Below are positions 24,372 to 36,459 of a DNA stretch of 64,000 nucleotides, in pieces. The translations under genes and the position numbers were made by a program. This DNA comes from Malacoraja senta (Eukaryota). The notes below the pieces were generated by a model. It was not told where the DNA came from. It ran no database searches and was given only the letters and a program-made list of their open reading frames with translations. The stretch covers positions 124,001 through 188,000 of the forward strand of contig JAXLNO010000627.1 of assembly GCA_038087875.1 (NCBI GenBank), in the 5' to 3' direction. The number at the start of each line of letters is the position of its first letter. Position 1 is the stretch's first letter.

Positions 24372-25580
24372 TTTAATAGTGAGGTTTAATTGAGGCGAGG
24401 GGTTTAATTGAGGCGAGGGGTTTAGTCGAGGTGTATGTGAGGAGAAGTGAGTGTAGGTGAGGTGAGGAGAAGTGGGTGTCTGAGCTCAGGAAGGGAGACC
24501 GAGGAGCTGCTGAAGGAGACAAAACCATGTCTGGGACGCAGGGCTCAGAGGTCAGACTCCAGGGAGCTTTGACATGGAGAACGGGCAGAAGATGCCGGAT
24601 AAATGTCCTCTCAGGGGCCTGGGAACGGGGAAGATGCTGCTGCTGTTTCTCAGACCATCACAATGCCAGGAATTGGTGTCAGTGAGGAGTGGATGAGTTC
24701 CCTGGGCTCTGGAGTGGATCATTGACATTCATATTGATCTGGGAGGCCATTCAGACCATCTCCCTCATCCTTCTAGTTGTCTGCCTCCATCTGGCAACTT
24801 TCCCCAGCTGTGAGGAAAGAATATTAACCTGAAACATTCACTCAGTTTCTACCTCCACAGATGCTGCCTGGCTTGCTGATTACCACCGACAATTTATTCT
24901 TTTTTACAATAGTGGTTTTGCAGCAGCCACTGGGTGCTGCTCCTGACTTCAGTGTTGGGGGGGAGCCCATGATAGTCACTGTCTTCATTGCCACAAATGT
25001 AGACGCTGATGTCTGTTGGCTGGAATCTGCAATCTTGAATCTTGACAGGCAACATTTTGGGTCTGGACCTTTCAGGCAGATCACTCCTGACCTGCATCCT
25101 AAATGCAGTTTCCTCTCATGCTGTGATATGGTTTATTACTTCTTTGAATCAACAATATTTAATCTTGCTGGAATGCAATTAACAATTGATTTCATTCAAC
25201 CCTAGAAAAAAAATCACTATATTATGAGTGAAGAAATATCTCATTTCTATCCTGAAGAAGTTACCTGTTAAGTTTAAGTTGTGATTCAATATCCTGGAAT
25301 TGTCCTATATTAAATAAATAAATGTTATTTTAAAATCTGTTTTGGAATTAATATCTGATGAATACAGATTATGCACCAACGTGTATCAGGTACAATGTTT
25401 GTTTTTCCAGGATGCTGAACATTTCAAAGACATTTGGCTATTTTGCTGACCACCCCTCTCCTCCCCTCTCCTTCCCTCCCCTCCCCTCTCCTCTCCTTCC
25501 CTATCATCCCCTCCTCTCCTTCCCTCCCCTTACTCTCCTCTCCTCTCCTCCCCCTCTCATCCCCCTCTCCTCCCCTCTCC

Positions 25581-27779
25581 TAGATACATAGATACATAGA
25601 TACATAGAAAATAGGTGCAGGAGTAGGCCATTCGGCCCTTCGAGCCTGCACTGCCATTCAATATGATCATGGCTGATCATCCAAATTCAGTATCCCGTAC
25701 CTGCCTTCTCTCCATACCCCCTGATCCCTTTAGCCACAAGGGCCACATCTAACTCCCTCTTAAATATAGCCAATGAACTGGCGTCAACTACCCTCTGTGG
25801 CAGAGAGTTCCAGAGATTCACCACTCTCTGTGTGAAAAAGTTTTTCCTCATCTCGGTCTTAAAGGATTTCCCCCTTATCCTTAAGCTGTGACCCCTTGTC
25901 CTGGACTTCCCCAACATCGGGAACAATCTTCCTGCATCTAGCCTGTCCAACCCCATAAGAATTTTGTACGTTTCTATAAGATCCCTCTCAATCTCCTAAA
26001 TTCTAGCGAGTATAAGCCAAGTCTATCCAGTCTTTCTTCATATGAAAGTCCTGACATCCCAGGAATCAGTCTGGTGAACCTTCTCTGCACTCCCTCTATG
26101 GCTATAATGTCCTTCCTCAGATTTGGAGACCAAAACTGTACGCAATACTCCAGGTGTGGTCTCACCAAGACCCTGTACAACTGCAGTAGAACCTCCCTGC
26201 TCCTATACTCAAATCCTCTTGCTATGAAGGCCAACATACCATTCGCTTTCTTCACTGCCTGCTGCACCTGCATGCCTACTTTCAATGACTGGTGTACCAT
26301 GACACCCAGGTCTCGCTGCACCTCCCCATTTCCTAATCGGCCACCATTTAGATAATAGTCTGCCTTCCCGTTTTTGCCACCAAAGTGGATAACCTCACAT
26401 TTATCCACATACTGCATCTGCCAAACATTTGCCCACTCCCCCAGCCTATCCAAGTCACCTTGCAGTCTCCTAGCATCCTCCTCACAGCTAACACTGCCCC
26501 CCAGCTTAGTGTCATCCGCAAACTTGGAGATGTTGCTTTCAATTCCCTCGTCCAGATCATTAATATAAATTGTAAATAGCTGGGGTCCCAGCACTGAGCC
26601 TTGCGGTACCCCACTAGTCACTGCCTGCCATTGTGAAAAGGACCCGTTTACTCCTACTCTTTGCTTCCTGTTTGCCAGCCAGTTCTCTATCCACATCAAT
26701 ACTGAAACCCCAATACCGTGTGATTTAAGCTTGTATCCTAATCTCTTATGTGGTACCTTGTCGAAAGCCTTCTGAAAGTCCAGATACAACACATCCACTG
26801 GTTCTCCCCTATCCACTCTACTAGTTACATCCTCGAAAAATTCTATAAGATTCGTCAGACACGATTTACCTTTCGTAAATCCATGCTGACTTTGTCCAAT
26901 GATTTCACCACTTTCCAAATGTGCTGCTATCCCATCTTTAATAACTGACTCTAGCAGTTTCCCCACTACCGATGTTAGACTAACTGGTCTGTAATTCCCC
27001 GTTTTCTCTCTCCCTCCCTTCTTAAAAAGTGGGGTTACGTTTGCTACCCTCCAATCCTCAGGAACTACTCCAGAATCTAAAGAATTTTGAAAAATTATCA
27101 CTAATGCATCCACTATTTCTGGAGCTACTTCCTTAAGTACTCTGGGATGCAGCCTATCTGGCCCTGGTGATTTATCGGCCTTTAATCCATTCAATTTACC
27201 CAACACCACTTCCCGACTAACCTGGATTTCACTCAGTTCCTCCATCTCCTTTGACCCGCGGCCCCCTGCTATTTCCGGCAGATTATTTATGTCTTCCTTA
27301 GTGAAGACGGAACCAAAGTAGTTATTCAATTGGTCCGCCATATCCTTGTTCCCCATGATCAATTCACCTGTTTCTGACTGCAAGGGACCTACATTTGTTT
27401 TAACTAATCTCTTTCTCTTCACATATCTATAAAAACTTTTGCAGTCAGTTTTTATGTTCCCTGCCAGTTTCCTTTCATAATCTATTTTCCCTTTCCTAAT
27501 TAAGCCCTTTGTCCTCCTCTGCTGGTCTCTGAATTTCTCCCAGTCCTCTGGTATGCTGCTTTTTCTGGCTAATTTGTACGCAACATCTTTTGCTTTGATA
27601 CTATCCCTGATTTCCCTTGTTATCCACGGATGCACTACCTTCCCTGATTTATTCTTTTGCCAAACTGGGATGAACATTTTTTGTAGTTCATCCATGCAGT
27701 CTTTAAATGCCTTCCATTGCATATCCACCGTCAACCCTTTTAGGACTAATTGCCAGTCAATCTTGGCCAATTCACGTCA
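25581..27779 (-). mobile_element. Young 5'-truncated CR1/HER1 LINE with near-intact RT
   Basis: 598-aa ORF 25974-27770 ([44 protein letters not shown]), a frameshifted C-terminus, and an (ATCTATGT)n tail; splits a CT-rich tract. Confidence 0.95.
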
Positions 27780-28354
27780 ATCCTCTCGCTCTCCTCCCCT
27801 CCCCTCCCCTCCCCTCCTCTCCTCATCTCCCCTCCCCTCTCCTCTCCTCTCCAGGTACCAGACTAAAGCAGCCACTGAGTTGTGGAGCCGATATGGAGAT
27901 CGCCCGCCGCTGGAACAACATCATTGCGCGGTCGTTTTTCAGATCCTGGCCGAGGAGGAGTGGGATATACTCGCCGGAGCGGCCGAGGGAGAGGCCGCTG
28001 AGATCCACAAGGTGAAGGGGAGAGAGGGAGAGGGAAGAGAGGAGAGTGGAGGGGAAGAGAGGATAGGAGAGGGGAGTGGAGGAGAAGGGAGGAGTGGAGA
28101 GAAGAGGGGAGGAGAGGGCTGGGGAGGGGAGGGGATGAGTAGTGGAGAGGGGAAGAGAGGAGGGGAGGGGTTAATGGGGGGAGGAGAGAGAGGGAGATGG
28201 AGGGGAAAGAGGGAGAGGAGAGGGAGCAGGTGAGGGGAGGGATAGAAGGGGTGAGAGGGGAGGGGGAGAGGTGGAAGGGAGGGAAGGGAGAGGAGAGGAG
28301 TTGGAGAGATAAGTGGGAGAAAGAGAAGGGAGAAAAGGAGGGGAGGGAGTTGGA

Positions 28355-29030
28355 GAGTCTAGGACCAGAGGTCACAGCTTCAGAATTAAAGGACGTTCCT
28401 TTAGGAAGGAGATGAGGCATTTCTTTAGCCAGAGGGTGGTGAATTTGTGGGATTCTTTGCTTTCTTGATTAGTGCAGGTGTCGGGGGTTATGGGGAGAAG
28501 GCGGGAGAATGGGGTTAGGAGGGAGAGATAGATCAGCCGTGAATGAATGGCGGAGTAGACTAGATAGGCCGAACGGCCTAATTCTGCTCCACGGACTTTT
28601 ACGAAAGGGGTCGGCCATTTAGGACTGAGATGAGAAAAAACATTTCCCACCCAGAGAGTTGTGAATTTGTGGAAATCTCTGCCACAGAAGGTAGTGGAGG
28701 CCGATTCACTGGATGTTTTCAAGAGAGAGTTAAATTTAGACAAACAATAGGTGCAGGAGTAGGCCATTCGGCCCTTCGAGTCCTTAGCTCTTGTGGCTAA
28801 CAGAATCAAGGGATTTGGGGAGAAAGCAGGGACGAGGTTACTGATTCTGGATGATCAGCCGTGATCACAGTGAATGGTGGTGCTGGCTGGAAGGGCCGAA
28901 TCGCCTACTCCTGCACCTATTGTCTATGTTCCCATGTTTTAAGAACTATTGTGTGAAGGAGTGATCGCTGGTCGGCACGGACTCGGTGGGCCGAAGGGCC
29001 TGTTTCTGCGCTGTATCTCTGAACTAAACA
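28355..29030 (+). mobile_element. Stacked CR1 3' ends and SINE tail within a PDE9-like intron
   Basis: Repeated ..RTEMR..F.QRVVNLW.SLP 3' modules and ctcctgcacctattgtctatg tail. Confidence 0.75.
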
Positions 29031-29443
29031 TATGCTTCTAACTCAGGGGATGAGAGAGCTGAATCTCGCTGTGGACATGGAGAGACACAGTGATATCATG
29101 TCCGATTTCTCGCAGTGTGTAGAGGACTTTAACTTCACAAACCCAGAACAGGTAAGACTGGTAAGTGGGGAGGGGGTTACAGAGACGGCGAGGTGTGTAA
29201 GGAGCTAAACTAAACTAAACTCTCCTACTCTCCTCCCCTCCTCCCCTCCTCTCCTCTCCTCTCCACTCCTCTCCCCTCTCCTCTCCTCTCTCCTCTCCTC
29301 CCCTCCTCTCTCTCCTCTCCTCAGCTTGAGCTGGTTCTACTTAAATGCTGTGACACTTCGAATTAGATGCGGCCTCTGCAGGTTTCAGATCCGTGGGTCG
29401 ACTGTCTCCTCCAGGGAGAGAGGGATGGAGGGAGAGAGGGAAA

Positions 29444-32400
29444 TGTTGTGTCCTGCAGTCACCACTAGAGGGCTCTGTCTCGAAATGAATGTTTCCTCAG
29501 GGAGGGTCCCTGGGGGATCTGCAGGGCTTTAGCAGCAGTCATGTTGGCTTGAAATCAAAACACTTCGGGTTCTGGGCACCAAGTGTCGTTTGAGTCATTT
29601 AGCCCTCGAATACAACATCTGGCGACGTGGATGGCTGGTTTAACCCTCGCTGCCCCATCTCCATTCTTGGAAACTCTAGGAGAGCCTCCTGTACCATGTA
29701 CAGTGGCTTGCAAAAGTTTTCATACCCCTTGAACTTTTCCACATTTTGTCACGTTACAACCACAAACGTAAATGTATTTTATTGGGATTTTATGTGATAG
29801 ACCAACACAAAGTGGTGCATAATTGTGAAGTGGAAGGAAAATGATACATGGTTTTCAAATTTTTTTACAAATAAAAAACTGAAAAGTGTGGCATGCAAAA
29901 GTATTCAGCCCCCCTGAGTCAATACTATGTAGAACCACCTTTCGCTGCAATTACAGCTGCAAGTCTTTTGGGGTACGTCTCTACCAGCTTTGCACATCTA
30001 GAGACTGACATTTTTGCCCATTCTTCTTTGCAAAATAGCTCAAGCTCAGTCAGATTGGATGGAGAGCGTCTGTGAACAGCAATTTTCAAGTCTTGCCAGA
30101 GATTCTCAATTGGATTTAGGTCTGGACTTTGACTGGGCCATTCTAACACATGAATATGCTTTGATCTAAACCATTCCATTGTAGCTCTGGCTGTATGTTT
30201 AGGGTCGTTGTCCTGCTGGCAGGTGAACCTCCGCCCCAGTCTCAAGTCTTTTGCAGACTCTAACAGGTTTTCTTCGAAGATTGCCCTGTATTTGGCTCCA
30301 TCCATCTTCCCATCAACTCTGACCAGCTTCCCTGTCCCTGCTGAAGAAAAGCATCCCACAGCATGATGCTGCCACCACCATGTTTCACAGTGGGGATGGT
30401 GTGTTCAGGGTGATGTGCAGTGTTAGTTTTCCGCCACACATAGCGTTTTGCATTTAGGCCAAAAACTTCAATTTTGGTCTCATCTGACCAGAGCACCTTC
30501 CTCCACATGTTTGCTGTGTCCCCCACATGGCTTGTGGCAAACTGCAAACAGGACTTCTTATGGCTTTTTTTCAACAATGGCTTTCTTCTTGCCACTCTTC
30601 CATAAAGGCCCGATTTGTGGAGTGCACGGCTAATAGTTGTCCTGTGGACAGATTCTCCCACCTGAGCTATGGATCTCTGCAGCTCCTCCAGAGTTACCAT
30701 GGGCCTCTTGGCTGCTTCTCTCATCAATGCTCTCCTTGCCCGGCCTGTCAGTTTAGGTGGACGGCCATGTCTTGATAGGTTTGCAGTTGTGCCATACTCT
30801 TTCCATTTTCGGATGATGGTTTGAACAGTGCTCCGTGAGATGTTCAAAGCTTGGGATATTTTTTTATAACCTAACCCTGCTTTAAACTTCTCCACAACTT
30901 TATCCCTGACCTGTCTGGTGTGTTCCTTGGGCTTCATGATGCTATTTGTTCACTAATGTTCTCTAACAAACCTCTGAGGCCTTCACAGAACAGCTGTATT
31001 TATACTGAGATTAGATTACACACAAGTGGACTCTATTTACTAATTAGGTGACTTCTGAAGGCAATTGGTTGCACTGGATTTTATTTAGGGGTATCAGAGT
31101 AAAGGGGGCTGAATACTTTTGTCCGCCACACTTTTCAGTTTTTTATTTGTAAAAAAATTTGAAAACCATGTATCATTTTCCTTCCACTTCACAATTATGC
31201 GCCACTTTGTGTTGGTCTATCACATAAAATCCCAATAAAATACATTTACGTTTGTGGTTGTAACGTGACAAAATGTGGAAAAGTTCAAGGGGTATGAATA
31301 CTTTTGCAAGCCACTGTATACGCTGGTATGGAAGTTTCAAGACTTACTTGATCGCAAGTGGCCTGGACGGCACGGGCATTTCGGACATTCGTCGCCGAGC
31401 GATTCTGCTGCATTGCCTCGGAACGGAGGGACAGTGAATCTTCGCGCAGCTCGACAGTGCTGCAACGAGTGAGTACAGTACTGCAGTTAATGCACTGGGC
31501 AATTATTTTGGCCCAAGGACAAGTGTGTGATAGAGAGATACCGGTTTCACCAACGGTCACAGGGACAAGGCGAACCACTGAAGCAATTTGCTTCTGCATT
31601 GATAGAACTGGCTGCAAAGTGCAATTTTGGAGCACTGACTGATGAGCTGGTGAGAGACCAGCTGATCGAAAAGATTCTGTCCCGCGGATTAGAGAGCACC
31701 TTCTCATGGAGAATGATGCTCTCACACTCGAAAAGGCACAAGCGTTAGCTGTGCAAATTGAAAGTGCGATGCATAATGCCGGGGTGCTCAAACAACAGCC
31801 GATGGCATGCGCTGAGGGAGCATTTTGTCATGCATCCCATCAGATGAACACAGCACCAGTGCAGGGCATTCAGAGGCAATCTAAACACAATCGCTCAAAC
31901 AAGCAGTGTCCGAATTGTGGCCGGTGAACGATGCAACGCGTGTTCAAAGCTGAATCACTTCGAGAAAGTATGCCGGTTATCGAAGGAGGTGGCGTCATCT
32001 GTTCGCCATGTAGACGATGAATCTCCGGGTGGACACGACGTATACTCCATAAAGGACAGGGCTGACCAGGATGTTCGGTCAACAGGGGCTTTCAAAGTGC
32101 AGGGTCGAGATCGCTGGGACCTCGGTATCGCTTCTCATAGATGTGGGGGCAAAGGTTTCTATTTTGAGCGTCGACCTCTGCAAAAGGTCCTTTTCGGACT
32201 ACCCACTTGCTCCCCCGAGGGACACTCTTCATGCTTATGATGGTTCAACCATACCCACGAGAGGGTTAGTGATCGTTCCTGTCTGCTACAAAGCAGTTAA
32301 GCTCGATAGCTTCACATTCTACGTCGCAGAAGGAAAGAGTCTGATGGGAGTCAATTTGTTTGATCAACAAGGGTTCAAGCTTCAGGACTCAACCTGCATG

Positions 32401-35076
32401 AACATCAATGTGATCAGCGACGCGGAGTATGGGCATGAGTACCCTTCCTGGTTCTCGCATTTGTCAGCATTCATTACACGTGAAGGAGTATTTCAGTACC
32501 GTAGGATGCCGTATGGACTGTGCTCAGCGCCTAGCGCATTTCAAAAAATCGTGGCGTCGGTTCTGGCAGGCATTGACGGAGCACTCAATCTCCTCGATGA
32601 TGTCGTCCATGGAAGGGACAAGGAGGAACACGATCGACGACTGCATGCAGTGTTAGCTCGTCTCACGCAACTCAACTTGACACTCAACGCAGCAAAGTGC
32701 ACATTTACAGCCTCCGAGATTGACATTCCCGGGTACAGAGTGACAGCGACTGGAGTTGAGCCAACTCAGGACAATGTCCAAGCCATCAACGTGCTCCCGC
32801 CCCAACTAACGTGAAAGAGCTAGCATCATTTCTGGGCACCACCAACTTCAACTGCAAGTTTGTACTGCAGTACGCGCAGATCGCAGAACCGCTACAGAAG
32901 CTGCTACGGAAAGACACACAGTGGGAATGGACGGATGAGCAGGACTTCGCGTTCAACACGCTGAAATACAAAATAGCATCTCCGCCTGTTCTCGCGCTCT
33001 TCGACCCAAGTGCTTAAACGTACGTCACAACAGATGCTCCCGGTATAGCGATCGGAGCAGCGTTCTCGCAGGGTATCGACGGAAGCAAACGACCGATCGC
33101 ATTCGTGTCCCGTCCGTTGACTGCAACCGAACGCAAGTACTCCACCGGGGAACGCGAAGCATTAGCGTGCATCTACGCGTGTGAACACTGGCACGTATAC
33201 CTATACGGGAGACCATTCACTCTCCGTACAGATCACCAAGCGCTATCTACGTTGCTGGACATGTCAGGCTCAGGACACCGTCCGCTCAGGATCTACAGAT
33301 GGTCCGATCGCCTTCACCAGTACAACTTCAAAGTAGAATACCTCGCAGGTTCACGCAATCGCATCGCAGACTTGCTCAGTCGAGTCCCAACGGTGGCACA
33401 CCCAAGCACACACACGCGATAACGACGCTTCAAGTGACATCGACGAACCCGTTCTTGCAGTGATTTCGCACGCGATGGCGAATCTAGTGACGCGGGGAGA
33501 GCTGAAAACAGAGTCGACAGCTGACGGCACACTGCAAGTCGTCTGCCAGGACAGACTGGCCCAAGGAGATAGCAGAGGACTTGGTTCCGTACCACCGGGT
33601 ACGCCACGAACTGGCTGTGGTTGACGATACATGTGTCACGCGCGGAACTCGAGTGGTTATACCCAAATCACTGCAACACCGCGTGTTACAACTAGCACAC
33701 GAAGGACACCCGGGCATTGTTAAGATGAAACAACGGTGTCGCGAGGCAGTGTGGTGGCCAGCAATAGATCGTCACGTAGAAGATTTCGTAAAAAATTGTG
33801 AAGCATACACAATTAGCGAGAAAGCAACAAGGCCATGTCCTGCCACTCTTCAGCCAATCCCATGTACGGACAAACCATGGAGGCACTTGCAAGTCGACAT
33901 CTCCGGAGAGGTGCAAGCTGCGCCAAGAAGCCAGGGTTTCTACTTGTTGTACACGATCTCCACAGCAAGTGGCCTGAGATCGCAACTACTTCCTCAGTCA
34001 CGACAAGCTCGATCATCGCGATTCTCGAAATGCTGTTCACTAAGTGGGTACTGCCGGAGGTCATAACGACAGACAAACGCCCTCAGTTCATATCTGAACA
34101 ATTCTCCACTTTCCTCGCGAGTTATAACATTCAACATCAGCGGACGTCGAGATACAACCCCCAATCGAACGGCGGGGTTGAACGATTCAATCACGTGATC
34201 AAGGGAAGCATAAAAGTGAGCATGTCAGAGGGGAAAACGTTTAAACAGTCAATCCATATCCTCCTCCAATCCTACAGATCCACACCACACACGTTGACTG
34301 GGAAAACGCCAGCAGAGCTGATGATAGGGCGAAACCTTCGAACAAAACTGAATGCTCTTCAACCACCATCGCACCCAAATCCAGACACAAAAGCGAGGGC
34401 GGAAATGATAGCATATAGACTAGCAAAAGGGAAAGCGTACTGTGATGCCAAATGCAGAGTACGAGCGCCGCGGTTGAAGGTCGGCGACGGTACGAATCAG
34501 CTGCCCAAACAGACAACATAATCTCGCAAGCGCACTCTCCAAGCCGATACTGATAAAACGGAGATTCGGCGAGAATGCGTACCTCCTCCAAGATGACACC
34601 AGATGGAACGCGAGGCGTCTCATTGCAAGTAGACAGGGACAGGAAGAAGACGAATTGGACACTTTTCCTTTCCCAATATCCAGTCAAGACAGTGATTGTG
34701 GTCAGCAGACAGCAGAGCAGTCTATTCCCGCTCGACCCTCTCAGCGGCAGAAGAGGAGACCTCAGTATCTGCACGATTATCAGCTGTGAAGCCATAAACG
34801 TTATGTTCACCGAGCTGTTATTTTGGACTGATTGCATATGGACATATTTGGGTGGATAACTGGACTTAAATGATCACCTTCATTTACAAGGAGGGAAAAG
34901 TGTTGTGTCCTGCAGTCACCACTAGAGGGCTCTGTCTCGAAATGAATGTTTCCTCAGGGAGGGTCCAGGTGAGAACTGCAGGGCTTTAGCAGTGGCCATG
35001 TTGGCTTGTAATAAATACACTTCTGGTTCTGGACACCAAGTGTCGTTTGTGAATTAATTAGGCCTCGAATACAACA
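29444..35076 (+). mobile_element. Gypsy/Ty3 LTR retrotransposon (defective)
   Basis: LTRs 29444-29617 and 34901-35076 (TG...CA); PBS-like tggcgacg; PPT gagggaaaag; gag from 29631 (..ILLHCLGTEGQ), protease LIDVGAKVS, RT RMPYGLCSAPSAFQ..LLDDVV (N-terminal half deleted), RNase H ERKYSTGEREALA, integrase HEGHPG..SNGGVERFN; several stops and frameshifts. Confidence 0.93.
29701..31316 (-). mobile_element. Tc1 (DD34E) transposon, Passport/PPTN-like, full length
   Basis: ~213-bp TIRs (29701-29913, 31104-31316) starting CAGTG; TA duplication; transposase 30937-29919 with [25 protein letters not shown]; one 1-bp frameshift near 30356 and a stop two codons before the natural end. Confidence 0.95.
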
Positions 35077-35545
35077 GGAGGGAGGGAAAGAGGGAAGGAG
35101 AGAGGGAGGGGGAGAGGGAATGAGAGGCGGTGAGGGAGCGCTGATCCTCATCTCCTTGCCTCTGCCGCAGGGTGACAGAGAGAAGGCGGAAGGTTTACCT
35201 GTGACGCCGTTTATGGATCGGGCAAGAGTTTCAAAACCACACACACAAATCATCTTCATCACCTCTGTCCTCATCGAAATGGTCGAATCTCTGAGCAAGG
35301 TAACCCTACACCACCTCCCCCCGTCTTTGTAACCCCCTCCACGCCCCTCCGGCCCCTACACGCCCTCTCTGACAGATGTTGGACTGTGTTACAGCTGTTT
35401 CCACAGCTGGACCACGTGCTCCTGTCTCCTCTGAGGGCCACACGAGATGAATACCAGCAACGGGGTGAGGAGAGGAACCGATTGGAGCCGTTACCCAAGA
35501 CCCCCATGATCCAAATCTCCATCTGAGCCCCCCCCGGCAAGCCAA

Positions 35546-35862
35546 CACAGTGTGGTGCAGCGGGTAGAGCTGCTGCCTCACAGCGCCAGAGACCCAGGTT
35601 CGATCCCGACCACGGGTGCTGTCTGTACGGAGTTTGACAATAGACAATAGGTGCAGGATTAGGCCATTCGGCCCTTCGAGCCAGCACCGCCATTCAATGT
35701 GATCATGGCTGATCATCCCCAATTGACTTCTGGTAAAATTGTAAATTGTTCCCTAGTGTGTGTGTGTAGGATAGTGTTAGTGTGCGGGGATCGCTGGTCG
35801 GCGCGGACTCGGTTGGCCAAAGGGCCTGTTTTCGCGCTGTATCTCTAAACTAAACTAAACTG
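35546..35862 (+). mobile_element. HE1-like SINE with an internal CR1 3' fragment
   Basis: tRNA-like head (ggttcgatccc B box), family body, and tail ..gggcctgttttcgcgctgtatctctaaactaaac. Confidence 0.8.
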
Positions 35863-35868
35863 AACAAG

Positions 35869-35882
35869 TACACACACACACA

Positions 35883-35963
<81 letters not shown>

Positions 35964-36000
35964 ACACTCACACACACACACACACACACACTCACACACA

Positions 36001-36058
<58 letters not shown>

Positions 36059-36067
36059 CTCACACGG

Positions 36068-36120
<53 letters not shown>

Positions 36121-36338
36121 CACACACACGCACACACTCACACACGCACACACTCACACAGTCACACGGGCACACACACGCACACACACACACACAGTAA
36201 CACACACAGACACACACACACACACACAGACACACACACACACACACACAGTAACACACACACCCACACACGCACACACTCACACAGTAACACACACAGT
36301 CACACGGGCACACACACACACACACAGGCACACACACT

Positions 36339-36370
<32 letters not shown>

Positions 36371-36454
36371 CACACACAGACACACACACACACACTGACA
36401 GACACACGCGCACGCACACACACACACTTACACTGGCTCACACACACACACACA
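35869..36454. repeat. Long compound (CA)n microsatellite
   Basis: Directly visible. Confidence 0.97.
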
Positions 36455-36459
36455 TTGAA

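Larger units (their letters stand above)
20435..24450. repeat. Large foldback (inverted repeat) with ~16-bp minisatellite arms around a CpG-rich axis
   Basis: 20435-20583 is the reverse complement of ~23876-24023. 22983-23195 is the reverse complement of 23278-23548, apart from a 44-bp segment unique to the right arm. Repeats are C-rich on the left and G-rich on the right. Confidence 0.9.
27855..35526 (+). pseudogene. PDE9A-like cGMP phosphodiesterase, catalytic-domain C-terminal half (5 exons), disabled
   Basis: Exons: 27855-28011 (YQTKAATELWSRYGDRPPLEQHHCAVVFQIL..), 29047-29160 (GMRELNLAVDMERHSDIM..), 29325-~29414 (LELVLLKCCDTSN*MRPLQVSDPWVDCLLQ), 35171-35299 ([23 protein letters not shown]..), 35395-35526 (LFPQLD..stop). 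All have AG acceptors and exons 1, 2 and 4 have GT donors. They follow the PDE9A sequence as I recall it, in order. In-frame TAG at 29364 and a lost exon-3 donor. Confidence 0.85.

Noticed and set aside
23540..24450. Telomeric or interstitial telomere repeat
   Set aside because: Units contain GGTTTAG/GGTGTAG but there are no (TTAGGG)n runs.
24476..25205. Short ORFs downstream of the palindrome as PDE9-like 5' exons
   Set aside because: No HNxxH or HDxxH PDE motifs or other recognisable homology seen.
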